A DNA stretch of 63,387 bases, filler included, from Candidatus Tectimicrobiota bacterium (GTDB taxonomy: Bacteria > JACPSX01): NCBI GenBank assembly GCA_016193065.1. It is 9 parts of 9 records of this genome, joined end to end, with 100 filler letters (N's around TTAATTAATTAA, not from the genome) between each part and the next. Parts side by side here need not be neighbours in the genome. Positions count along the whole stretch, not along the records: positions 1 to 12,134 come from JACPSX010000019.1; 8 more parts are not named here. The stretch is one strand, 5' to 3'. A model generated the notes under the pieces. The model had not been told where the DNA came from. It searched no databases and saw nothing but the letters and a program-made list of their open reading frames with translations. The position numbers and the translations under genes are program-made. Positions 1 to 8,940 of this stretch are shown one piece after another; position 1 is the first letter of the stretch; each line of letters opens with the position of its first letter.

Positions 1-323
1 CCTTCTTCGTCAGGTCAAGCCTTCCAACCAAGCAGCTTTTCTGCCAAAGCCATGCCGGCTATCAGTTTCAATCCCTTCTTCGCCAGGTCAAGCCTTCCAA
101 CGCCAACGATCCCAGCCAAGCTGGGGGAAACTCCTACGGTTTCAATCCCTTCTTCGTCAGGTCAAGCCTTCCAACGAAGAACCGGTCCCGGTCACAATCG
201 CTCAACACCGCGTTTCAATCCCTTCTTCGTCAGGTCAAGCCTTCCAACTCCGTCCTTGTCGCGTTCTGGATCGGCTGGGAATGTAAGTTTCAATCCCTTC
301 TTCGTCAGGTCAAGCCTTCCAAC
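1..323 (-). CRISPR. CRISPR array, 37-bp repeat GTTGGAAGGCTTGACCTGACGAAGAAGGGATTGAAAC (minus sense); 4 full + 1 partial repeat, 4 spacers; truncated by window start
   Basis: Plus-strand repeats at 1-28 (partial), 65-101 (one T>C variant), 139-175, 212-248, 287-323; unique spacers of 36, 37, 36, 38 nt. The minus-strand repeat ends in ATTGAAAC, the canonical 8-nt crRNA tag, co-oriented with the cas genes. Confidence 0.97.
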
Positions 324-415
324 AACGCGCTGCCATGCCGCTTCGAGGATGTTCCCCTCTACGACACCTGCGAAAGTTCACCGCGCCTGGCTGTCGAGAC
401 CTCGCCCTTGCTCCA
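324..415 (-). promoter_or_regulatory. Putative CRISPR leader
   Basis: Non-coding 92 bp between the last cas-associated stop (416) and the first repeat in transcription order; assigned by position only. Confidence 0.5.
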
Positions 416-1093
416 TCAGGCTTTCCTGTAGCTAGTGACGACCAAGGCTCTTTGAGTCCCGGGAATCGGCTTGTTGTTCGCATCGAACTCCGAGGCGATG
501 TACTGGCTGTCCACCCTGAGGTCATCGGCCGCCATCAATGCGGCAACGGACATGATGGCCGTCCCCCCGGTCAGGTCCACGACCATCGCCCTCTCGTCCA
601 GGCCCTTCGACTGGAGCCACCGAATCAGATGGGCGATGTCGTCCCTGATGCTCCTGAGGTTGGTGGGATCGACCGAGATCATCTTGTACCGATCCAGACC
701 AAGTCCGACCTTTTCCACTATCCCTTCCACCACCCGCTCCCTTTCGGTACGATTGGTCCCCAAGAACCCGCAGAACTCCGGTCGGAGCGCCCGGAACACT
801 TTGAGAACGGTGCTGTCGTCCTCGTGGCTCCTCAGGCCGACGGTAAAGATGACCCCGCGCCGGGGAATGTCGAGGGCCAGTGCCTCTCCAACCAGTGCCC
901 GGTGGCTGCGGATCATGTCCGCCCCGGAGGCGACTACGGCAACCAGCAACAGGATGGCCAGGGCGAGCAGCACGATCACCTCAGGCCTGTTGCCGAGGAG
1001 CACCGAGACGGCATTGGTGATGAGCTGAAAGCAGATGGCGACAATGGCGATCTCCAGCCACTTTTCGCGGAAGAAAGCCCTCAGGATCCTCAC
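416..1093 (-). CDS. cam1: Two-TM + CARF-domain membrane effector (Cam1-like)
   Basis: Two N-terminal hydrophobic helices (WLEIAIVAICFQLITNAVSVLLG; VIVLLALAILLLVAVVASG), then a Rossmann-like region with GVIFTVG and the CARF motif VVDLTGGTAIMSVAA; lies in a type III operon. Confidence 0.8.
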   Translation of the reverse strand: MRILRAFFREKWLEIAIVAICFQLITNAVSVLLGNRPEVIVLLALAILLLVAVVASGADMIRSHRALVGEALALDIPRRGVIFTVGLRSHEDDSTVLKVFRALRPEFCGFLGTNRTERERVVEGIVEKVGLGLDRYKMISVDPTNLRSIRDDIAHLIRWLQSKGLDERAMVVDLTGGTAIMSVAALMAADDLRVDSQYIASEFDANNKPIPGTQRALVVTSYRKA

Positions 1094-1105
1094 GACCGCT
1101 CCTCG

Positions 1106-1432
1106 CTACGCCGTCGAACCGGGTCTCGCCCGTGCGGCCCTGGCCCGTTCCCGGACCTCGTTCAGGTTGAGGATCTCCGCCACCTCGAACTGCGGGGGAT
1201 TGCTCCCCGCGACGGGCCGAAGCCGGAGGATGCTGGGAAAGTAGCCCATCCGCCCGTGGAGTTCCGCAAGAAGCGGCGCGGCGCCCACGTGCAGGCTTGG
1301 CGGGTTCACGAGGAGCGGGAGCGTCTGCCACTCCTCCGGCGTCAGGTTGACTTGGTCCACCAGCGCCCGCACCTGCTCGGCGAATGGTCGCTCGTGGCCG
1401 ACCTGCGCCCGGGCCTCGATCACCCGTTCCAC
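1106..1432 (-). CDS. csx15: CRISPR-associated Csx15 (candidate ring nuclease); N-terminus apparently missing
   Basis: Signature [18 protein letters not shown]...[21 protein letters not shown]...FEVAEILNL. The usual N-terminal LNFSHPL segment is absent. Confidence 0.85.
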   Translation of the reverse strand: MERVIEARAQVGHERPFAEQVRALVDQVNLTPEEWQTLPLLVNPPSLHVGAAPLLAELHGRMGYFPSILRLRPVAGSNPPQFEVAEILNLNEVRERARAARARPGSTA

Positions 1433-1433
1433 C

Positions 1434-2522
1434 CCTGTAAACTGCTTTGGCCAGATCCTTTAACCCCGGGCCGTAGATCGGTGTTCCAACGCCGAATTGC
1501 TCCGAGGCCTCTCGGATGACCCTAATGTGCTCGTCGGAGGCCAGCGCGAAGACGGCCCGGGCGTACGGTCCACCAAAGATCGCTTCGTACTGCCGGATCT
1601 TAGCTACGACGGCAGTTACACCTTCGCCGTAGGGACCTCTTGTCTTGCACTCTACAATGCCGAGTCGCCCATTGCGCGCGACCATCACGTCTATCTCGCC
1701 CGTGAATCCCTTGATCCTTACCTTCCCCAGTACTTCGTCAAACAACTTGCACTCGTCGAGAGCGATGAGAGCGTAGGCCTCCACCCAGCCACCATTCAGG
1801 AACCCCCAGTCCGGTTCGCTGGTAGCCCGGATCCCGAGCTGCTCCTGCTTCCATGTCACCACATTGAGCTCCCCGAGCCTTTGGAGCGCCTGCAATCCCT
1901 TACCCTGGGGACAGAAAGAGAGCTGCGTTTCTTGCGACCACGGCTTCTGAGCTGTCTTCATCTCGATAACGACCTTCTTCAGGCAACGCTCATAAGCGCC
2001 GTCGTGGTTATCCACAAGCCATTTGACGAACTCCGTCCGTTCCCTTGGAATGGCGTTTGCGGATTGCACATCATCCATGAGTTCGCGTCCCGCCGCCCGC
2101 AACTGTGTCCCGATAGGAATCTTTACGTTGAACCGCTCTCGGGCAACCGGCTCCCCATTGGCCCCGAAGCGGATGAGCTCACTCGCCTCGGTGTTCACGT
2201 ACACCATTGGTGAAGCCGCCGCACGAGCCGCCTGATACGCGCCCAGCGACATGATCTTGGTTCCGCCGGTCAGATTCACGGTGACATGGGCATTCGAGTG
2301 CTTCTCGATCGCGCGGCCGCAATCGTCGCGCGCCTTCCGTAGGTCCCAGGGGTCCATCGTTAAAGGCTCAAGGACCTGCACTTTCGAGGTCCGCTCGTCC
2401 ATCGCCAACGCCCGGCGGAGATTCTCCGCCACCGACCGGATCCTGCGATCATCCGAAAGCAGGAATTGGACGCTCGTATAGCCCCCCGTCCCGGCAGCGA
2501 ACACGGGGATCAGGTTGGGCTC
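1434..2522 (-). CDS. card1: CARF + PD-(D/E)xK nuclease, Card1/Can2 (DUF1887) family; both ends apparently clipped
   Basis: In-frame EPNLIPV just upstream of the called start at 2504; CARF motif [24 protein letters not shown]; nuclease motif EIDVMV...IVECK. The called ORF 981-2504 reads out of frame through csx15 after about 1435. Confidence 0.82.
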
Positions 2523-3570
2523 CCTCCAGCGGCGTCTTCGGGTTGGACTTGAACCATTGCTGATCCGGATAGTTGATCACGTCAGGAGCGTTCTCATCCC
2601 AACGAAGAATGCGGTGCAAGTCTTGCAAATTGTCAGTCATCCCGTTGCGGTACCCGTCCACTCGCGCCGAAAGGAAGTCGGTCAAGGCCTTGTCCGTCAG
2701 GGGCTCACGCCAACCTCCACCCCACTGCCGATAGCGCAACTGGCGGTCGAGAGCCGTCAGCGCCGTGACCTCTATCTTCGCGCTACCCATGCCAATCGGC
2801 TTGCCCATCCCCACCTTGTGGCAGGTGTCGTCCCACAGAACGAGGCCAAAGAGCAGCAGGCTCAGACCGGCCTCGGCCAGGTTGTTGTATTCCACTTCAA
2901 ACGTGAAGAATGCCCCCGGCAGGACGGCCTCCACCGTCTTGTTCTGGCCGTCTTTCTGTGCGCGCATGCGGGGACCCTGCGGCCGGTGGTAGTAGAACTT
3001 CCGCCCGCGGATCTGCGGGATGGGATCCTCCGGCTTGGTCGAATAGAAGTATCTGTGACGGGGCTTCGGTGTACTGAGGACTGCCAGCGTGAATTGCCGA
3101 GTCTGATAACCCGATTGCGCGACTGCATCTTGCACGCTCACGTTACCCGAAAACACCTTGCCCCGGTTGAGCATTCCGAATAATCGGCACGCCGCGCACA
3201 GCGCACCAACATCTTCACAGGACTGGAATTCGCGGGGCAGTCCGTATGACACTGTCTGCCGCTCGTAGGCCAACCGGTTGGGCAATGTGAAGCATGAATT
3301 TGAGGCCGCCTCGACGACGGCGCGAATGGCCCCCTTGAGCGACGTACCAGGAACCATGGGCCTCCCCGTGTGGTCGCGGCACATTTCCAGGGTCTCATGC
3401 ATCCGCGCCCGGTCGGCGCTCCCCTCCCGGTACTTGGGCACAAACAGCGCCGTGCGGGTGGTCAGCTTACAGGAGATGCGCCCACTCACGCCTTCGAACC
3501 TGTCATGAAACCGCACGGCCTCACGGACTGGTCCGCCGCCGGACAATCGCACAAATCCGTAGGGATTCAT
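2449..3570 (-). CDS. cas7: Cas7-group RAMP, terminal type III-D subunit (Csm5-like)
   Basis: Starts MNPYGFV (ATGA overlap with csx19); PGTSLKGAIR, CAACRLFG, RGRKFYYH, KVGMGKPIGMGS G-loop. The C-terminal tail after PKTPLEGA is probably read-through. Confidence 0.88.
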   Translation of the reverse strand: MNPYGFVRLSGGGPVREAVRFHDRFEGVSGRISCKLTTRTALFVPKYREGSADRARMHETLEMCRDHTGRPMVPGTSLKGAIRAVVEAASNSCFTLPNRLAYERQTVSYGLPREFQSCEDVGALCAACRLFGMLNRGKVFSGNVSVQDAVAQSGYQTRQFTLAVLSTPKPRHRYFYSTKPEDPIPQIRGRKFYYHRPQGPRMRAQKDGQNKTVEAVLPGAFFTFEVEYNNLAEAGLSLLLFGLVLWDDTCHKVGMGKPIGMGSAKIEVTALTALDRQLRYRQWGGGWREPLTDKALTDFLSARVDGYRNGMTDNLQDLHRILRWDENAPDVINYPDQQWFKSNPKTPLEGAQPDPRVRCRDGGLYERPIPAFG

Positions 3571-4040
3571 GGCTCTCCCTCCCATGTCATCCCGACCAGC
3601 CGCTCGGACACCAGTGAGGCATCCGACCGGCACCGGAATTCGCGTCGAGCCAGCCGGAGCCGCCCATTCCCTTTAGGTGCCGCCCGGTACTCCAACTGCC
3701 GCCCGATCCGTAACTCATCCTTCCCCCACAAATAGCTACCCGTCTCGAACGTCTCCGTGTTTGCCAGCGCCGGCCACGGGCCAAAGGGGGCTCCGGGGTC
3801 CTGTTCGCCGATCAGCCTGGCACGATACACGTCGCCCCTGCGCTCCCAACGCAGCTCATACGCTTGCCCAAAGATCCGTCCGTGGGACCATTGGTCCGGC
3901 GCGATGGCTTCGGACGGGCCAGGGAAATCAATGGCATCCACGCGCTCCAGGATGGCGAAGGGTGCCTCGGTTCGTGGCGGCTTCAACCACTCCAGCAATT
4001 GATGAGCCGTCAGGCTGGCAATCCAGATTTGCTCGGTCAT
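3567..4040 (-). CDS. csx19: Csx19 (type III-D signature subunit)
   Basis: About 157 aa; WSHGRIFG..YELRWER motif; lies between cas7 genes with ATGA overlaps on both sides. Confidence 0.75.
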   Translation of the reverse strand: MTEQIWIASLTAHQLLEWLKPPRTEAPFAILERVDAIDFPGPSEAIAPDQWSHGRIFGQAYELRWERRGDVYRARLIGEQDPGAPFGPWPALANTETFETGSYLWGKDELRIGRQLEYRAAPKGNGRLRLARREFRCRSDASLVSERLVGMTWEGEP

Positions 4041-5017
4041 CGCGGCCTCCCACCTCGGTAGCGGGCCATCTCTATAGGCATTTCGTACCGCCCGGCCTTC
4101 TCGATCCATAACCGCCCAAGGGTCGCCCAGGGGAATGTTGCGCCCTCGCAAATGTAGGTGCTGCGTAGGCCGTTCGACACCTCCTCGACCGATGGAACAT
4201 CAACTTCGTCCGGCCGGACGAAATCATAGGCGCCCGCGAGACTTTCGGCGACGAGCGACCCAGCGCCCGTCAGCTTGAGTTGCCCATTCGCCGGCCTCGG
4301 CGCATTCGGCCCGAGGAAATCCACGCGGATGCGCGAGACCTGACCCCGTACCCGCCCCAGCCCGCGGGACTTGGCCGCGCCAACCCGAATCAGCCCGTCG
4401 GCGAGGTCTGCAAGCACGAAACCCACAAGTCCCATTTGCCAGAGCTCGAAGTTCCTCAAATGTAGGCGCGTGGCGAAGGTCCCCTCGGTCACTACCTCCA
4501 GATCGAACTTTACGCCGTGCGCCGCACCGCCGGTGAGGCGGTCAATCCCTACCCCGTCGCGCTGCTCGGGCCTTGGTGGTTTCCCCACGGCGTACGCGTC
4601 TTCGGTCGCTAGCCGCCCGCCGAACCAGGTGGACCCAAACAGCCGACAAATGAGGCATGAGTCGGCATAAGCACGCGGACCCTCCAGGCCTTCCTCCTTC
4701 GCCTTCTTTCGCGCATCGAAGCAAAGGCCGCACGAGGCTTCAGGCTGATTCGCCTCTACGAACGGATTGCAGGAGGCGACTGGGTTTAAGGTCCTTGCGA
4801 TCCGTTCGGCGTGACTGCGGAACGTCCCTTTGAGAGAACTCCCGGGGAGGTAGACCTCTTGCGTCCCGTTACGCCAAGTGGTCACGAATGCCATGTCAGG
4901 TCCGCTTATCGTTGGCAGTCCCGACTTAATCAGTATCGGTCCATCGGGCGCAATCGCCAAGTCAATCACACATTGGTTCACAAGTTGCTTCAACATCTTT
5001 TCCCCCTCGGCATTCAA
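4037..5017 (-). CDS. cas7: Cas7-group RAMP (Csm3-like)
   Basis: YLPGSSLKGTFRSHAERI, CLICRLFGS, RDGVGIDRLTG, VGAAKSRGLG; alternative start at 4996. Confidence 0.92.
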   Translation of the reverse strand: MNAEGEKMLKQLVNQCVIDLAIAPDGPILIKSGLPTISGPDMAFVTTWRNGTQEVYLPGSSLKGTFRSHAERIARTLNPVASCNPFVEANQPEASCGLCFDARKKAKEEGLEGPRAYADSCLICRLFGSTWFGGRLATEDAYAVGKPPRPEQRDGVGIDRLTGGAAHGVKFDLEVVTEGTFATRLHLRNFELWQMGLVGFVLADLADGLIRVGAAKSRGLGRVRGQVSRIRVDFLGPNAPRPANGQLKLTGAGSLVAESLAGAYDFVRPDEVDVPSVEEVSNGLRSTYICEGATFPWATLGRLWIEKAGRYEMPIEMARYRGGRPR

Positions 5018-5925
5018 GCCGGCAGCAGAGCAGCAATGTGTTGCGTGATGAAGTCTCCTATTGGGTTGGCCTCGGGCCAGCCGCGCTGGAGATACACGGT
5101 CAGATCTCTAGGCTGAGTGAAGTCTACCGCCGCAATCTGCACGTCCACGAGGTGGCAGCACCCCAGCCCGCGTGATCGGATGCCGCCCAGCGGGATCATC
5201 CCTTCCATGAATTCCTGCAAACCCAATGCAATCAGCCCCAGGTCACGCTCGGTTGGATTCTCCAACGTCATGCTGAAAGTGAACTTGGTTTGCGCCGGGA
5301 CGATCTCATAGTCAAACTTGATCTGCTCTACCGCCCGTTCGCTGTCACGATCGATGCCCACCCCGTCCCGAATCTGCGTCGTTTCGGCCCAGGGCTCGAT
5401 GACAGGCAGGTCGTGGAAGCGCGCGGCTGAGGCGAGGTGAACGGAGCCGAACGTCTTGCACGTGTCGCACAGGTATTCGGCCAACAGATCGAGCAGGTGA
5501 GCCGCATTCAACTCCACGCCTATCCACCCCCCGCGCCGCAGCGCCCGCAGCGCCTCGCGCTCTCTCTGAGCTACAACGTCCTCTCCAACGGCCAGCGCGA
5601 GGCCACGGCTGGCGGCTTCGCTCACCATTCGGTACTTTTCCGCGAGGTCTTCGTTCATCGAGAGGCAGGGGTTCGCCCTGTTGAGCGCACAGGTGGCAAA
5701 TCCGGGCAAGTTCGGCACAAGCCTTTCCACCCCCGCCCGGAATGCGCCCTTGAACGAGGAGCCTGGAATAACTGGCCGTCCGATGCCATCGCGCACGATG
5801 GGGCTGTCGGTTACGGTGGATGCCTCCCGGCCGCCACCGATGTGCAGTGCGGTATCGAGAACCAGGGTGCCAGTAAACCGATGGCGGGACCGGAGGTGAG
5901 ATCGATCAAGGGGGTGGATTGCCAT
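5014..5925 (-). CDS. cas7: Cas7-group RAMP (Csm3/Csx7-like)
   Basis: TALHIGGG...TDSPIVRD...IPGSSFKGAFR, CDTCKTFGS, RDGVGIDRD, LGGIRSRGLG. Confidence 0.93.
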   Translation of the reverse strand: MAIHPLDRSHLRSRHRFTGTLVLDTALHIGGGREASTVTDSPIVRDGIGRPVIPGSSFKGAFRAGVERLVPNLPGFATCALNRANPCLSMNEDLAEKYRMVSEAASRGLALAVGEDVVAQREREALRALRRGGWIGVELNAAHLLDLLAEYLCDTCKTFGSVHLASAARFHDLPVIEPWAETTQIRDGVGIDRDSERAVEQIKFDYEIVPAQTKFTFSMTLENPTERDLGLIALGLQEFMEGMIPLGGIRSRGLGCCHLVDVQIAAVDFTQPRDLTVYLQRGWPEANPIGDFITQHIAALLPA

Positions 5926-6081
5926 GCTGTCCTCCTGTCCTACAGCAATTGTGAAACAGGTCCCTTCACTCTATCTCTGTACCTTTCGGGAGCACCTTCT
6001 CTGATCTTCCTGAAGTATCATTGCGGAGTGTCGCTTCCACCCTCGTGCGTCTCCTTCTTTAGCTCGTCGCCGACTCCGTCG

Positions 6082-6514
<433 letters not shown>

Positions 6515-6515
6515 G

Positions 6516-6983
6516 TCAGGCCTCCCGCTTGCGATACATGAACTCTGCGGCCAGGTGCTTTACAAATTCGCGGCACAGATCCAGGTGAACCCGGCGAGGG
6601 AGGTCGGCGTCTAGATCAGCAGCGTGCGCACGCTCGTCGTTCACGATCTCGTCCGCCTTCTGGCGGAGCGATTCAAGCACCGCGATGACTTCCCGCCCTA
6701 CGCTCTCCTTGGCCCAGCCATGGCTACGGGCATCGCGCCCGATCTGTTTCTTAAGGAAATCCGTGATGTCTGACACCTTGTCGGTGGTGTAAGCCAGATT
6801 CTCAAGACTGCGAATCTGGGCGTTCCTGAGAGAGGTCTTCGTTAGCCGCTCGGCCAGGATGCGGGGACGGGCATCCTCGAGTTGCTGATCACTGGCCCGC
6901 GCAATCGCCGCACGCACTGCCACACGAAGCAGAGCCTTGCGGTCCTGCTGGCTGAATCCAGTTTTCTCGCCCATCGACCTCAT
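6516..6983 (-). CDS. cas11: Small alpha-helical subunit (Cas11/Csm2-like)
   Basis: About 155 aa, helical; NAQIRSLEN...DFLKKQIGRD...W...LCREFVKHLAAEFMY; directly after csx10 as in type III-D. Confidence 0.72.
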   Translation of the reverse strand: MRSMGEKTGFSQQDRKALLRVAVRAAIARASDQQLEDARPRILAERLTKTSLRNAQIRSLENLAYTTDKVSDITDFLKKQIGRDARSHGWAKESVGREVIAVLESLRQKADEIVNDERAHAADLDADLPRRVHLDLCREFVKHLAAEFMYRKREA

Positions 6984-6987
6984 CCTT

Positions 6988-8187
6988 TCACAGTTCTCGC
7001 TGCAGGAAATAAGAATGAAACGGATCGCAGGCCGTCATTCGGCCGAACCCCTCCGCCCGCCGGTCGCCGACGCTCTCGCGCTCGATTTCTTGCAGCCGGT
7101 CGATCACCGGTTTTCCATCGTAGCCCGGGGGCAGGCGAAAAAGTAGGACGGAGCCACGCCCTAAAGCCCATGTATCAGGCTTGGGCAAGTTCAGCGCCGC
7201 ATTCCAACCCGGCACAACAGCGGCGCTCAGGACACTGCGACGCCGATCCGCCTCACGGGGTAATTTGAAGTCGTCCGCCTTTATCCCGTCCAATATTGGC
7301 TCACCAGCGGGATCGTGTAGGGCAAGGTGGCTTTGCAGCGTTAACGAGAAATACTCGCCTTTCGGTTGACGCTCGAACAGGCCCCACAGAGTTCGCGCGG
7401 CTTCATTTAATGCGGCCCACCGATCAGCAATGGTCTGCCTTTCGGCCGGGGCTGCCCCCCACCCAGCTACAGACAACTGCCCCAACCCCCGGCTGCGTCC
7501 ATAGCCCACGGCGATTCGCTGCCGGTATCCGGCCACCTCGATCAACTTGGAACGCAATTCCTCCGGCAGAGTAACCACGCCACGGAAGAGTACGTCCTCA
7601 TGGACATCGCTCTCCTCGATGACTTCATGCGAAAACAGCATCCCGTGCGCCGCCGTTCCGGAGGCCCGCTCAATCGCAGTGGTGGTGATTGTTCGCTTCC
7701 GCACGGTCACCCGCCGAAACCCCTCTAGCGATGTGTAATAACCTGACTCCAGGCGGTCCCGTCTTTCACGACGTCCGACGCTCCTGCAGTCTGGGCAGTA
7801 AAGCCAGCCATTGTGCTCCAGCGGGTCGGGCTGTTCCATTTCACTTGCCAGCTCAAACCGGAGCAGCCCGTCCGTGAGGCTCGTAGATTCGTGATTGCCG
7901 AAGCGCTTGCACGCTACCGCTGTCGCCGGCATCAGATGTGCCAGACCATGGTGATCACTCGGGATAGGGAGGAAATCCGAAAAACGGACGACCTCAGACA
8001 GAAACAGGTCCCTGAAAGTCGGCTCTTGCGACCGCTCCGGAACGCCGGCGAGGTACAAGTCGGCCAATGCGCCCCGGACGGAGCTAGCGGGCAGATAGTC
8101 GAGCGTCGGCGCAAACTGTTCACTTGCGCGCCGCCGGTGTAGCGCCAGGGGAGACTCGGCTTTCAGCGTCAGCGTATCAGCGGTCAT
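6988..8187 (-). CDS. csx10: Csx10 (Cas5-group RAMP)
   Basis: Start MTADTLTLKAESPL overlaps the upstream stop (ATGA); LDYLPASSVRGALA, VGYGRSRGLG, C-terminal VGDRRAEGFGR..CDPFH. Confidence 0.88.
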   Translation of the reverse strand: MTADTLTLKAESPLALHRRRASEQFAPTLDYLPASSVRGALADLYLAGVPERSQEPTFRDLFLSEVVRFSDFLPIPSDHHGLAHLMPATAVACKRFGNHESTSLTDGLLRFELASEMEQPDPLEHNGWLYCPDCRSVGRRERRDRLESGYYTSLEGFRRVTVRKRTITTTAIERASGTAAHGMLFSHEVIEESDVHEDVLFRGVVTLPEELRSKLIEVAGYRQRIAVGYGRSRGLGQLSVAGWGAAPAERQTIADRWAALNEAARTLWGLFERQPKGEYFSLTLQSHLALHDPAGEPILDGIKADDFKLPREADRRRSVLSAAVVPGWNAALNLPKPDTWALGRGSVLLFRLPPGYDGKPVIDRLQEIERESVGDRRAEGFGRMTACDPFHSYFLQREL

Positions 8188-8933
8188 GGCTGCGCCTCCG
8201 CATCGTCCCTGTAAAGCGCCAACGCCTCGACGTTGGCTAGCTGGCGCTCGACGGGGACCTGTCGTCCACCCACGATCACGTTCCCCGGCAAAACGAATAC
8301 ACACTCCCCCGCACCGCGACTCGCCCCGCCGCCCAGGGTCCCAACCGACTTCAGGCCTGCGAAGAGCAGGACCAACTCGTAGTACACGTCCGGAGCGTCG
8401 GCCAAGCTAACGGGGCTCAGCCGCAACCGCCCAATCAATGCCGGTCTGGCTTCATACGTGAGCCCTTCGGCGGTGAACTCGCTCGTGAACAGCCGCGCCT
8501 CCGCTGCCAGGCCGCGTGTCCGGCTCAGTTGGACTTGGGTCCGAGCAATTGTCTGGCCGAATACGGCCCGACTCTCGTGGTTAGGACGGAGCCCCTCTAC
8601 CCACTCTTCGATCAGGCGTGCTGATTGCCAGCGGAGGTCGGTACCCTGCCCTGGCGCGCCGAAGATCCTGCAAACCAGGCAGGTGTCCCGGTGCCGCACC
8701 ATCTGCCGGGCATGAGGCGCGCGGCAGTCGCCAATCCCATGCAAGGAGGCCAGCGCCTCGCATGCCGAGCGGACTTTACCCTTCAGGGTGCTTCCCGGAA
8801 TGTAGGCCAGCCCGTCCCGTCCCTTCACCACCGTGCGATTCACCATCCCACGCGAAAATCCTGTCCCGATGTGCATTGGGCCGCGCGTCTGGACGATGAG
8901 GCTGGGTAACTCGATGGATGTCGGCTGCATCAC
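8184..8933 (-). CDS. cas7: Cas7-group RAMP (Csm3-like)
   Basis: PMHIGTG, YIPGSTLKGKVRSACE, CLVCRIFG, LGGGASRGAG. Confidence 0.92.
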   Translation of the reverse strand: MMQPTSIELPSLIVQTRGPMHIGTGFSRGMVNRTVVKGRDGLAYIPGSTLKGKVRSACEALASLHGIGDCRAPHARQMVRHRDTCLVCRIFGAPGQGTDLRWQSARLIEEWVEGLRPNHESRAVFGQTIARTQVQLSRTRGLAAEARLFTSEFTAEGLTYEARPALIGRLRLSPVSLADAPDVYYELVLLFAGLKSVGTLGGGASRGAGECVFVLPGNVIVGGRQVPVERQLANVEALALYRDDAEAQP

Positions 8934-8940
8934 TCTCCCC

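Noticed and set aside
29-286. Self-targeting spacers
   Set aside because: I saw no match to the four spacers elsewhere in the window by eye; the rest of the genome is untested.
52-435. 127-aa ORF over the array
   Set aside because: Translation of CRISPR repeats (repeated FNPFFVRSSLPT).
981-1433. Card1-Csx15 or Card1-Cam1 fusion protein
   Set aside because: The tail of ORF 981-2504 is low-complexity out-of-frame read-through; Csx15 and the Cam1-like gene are separate ORFs.
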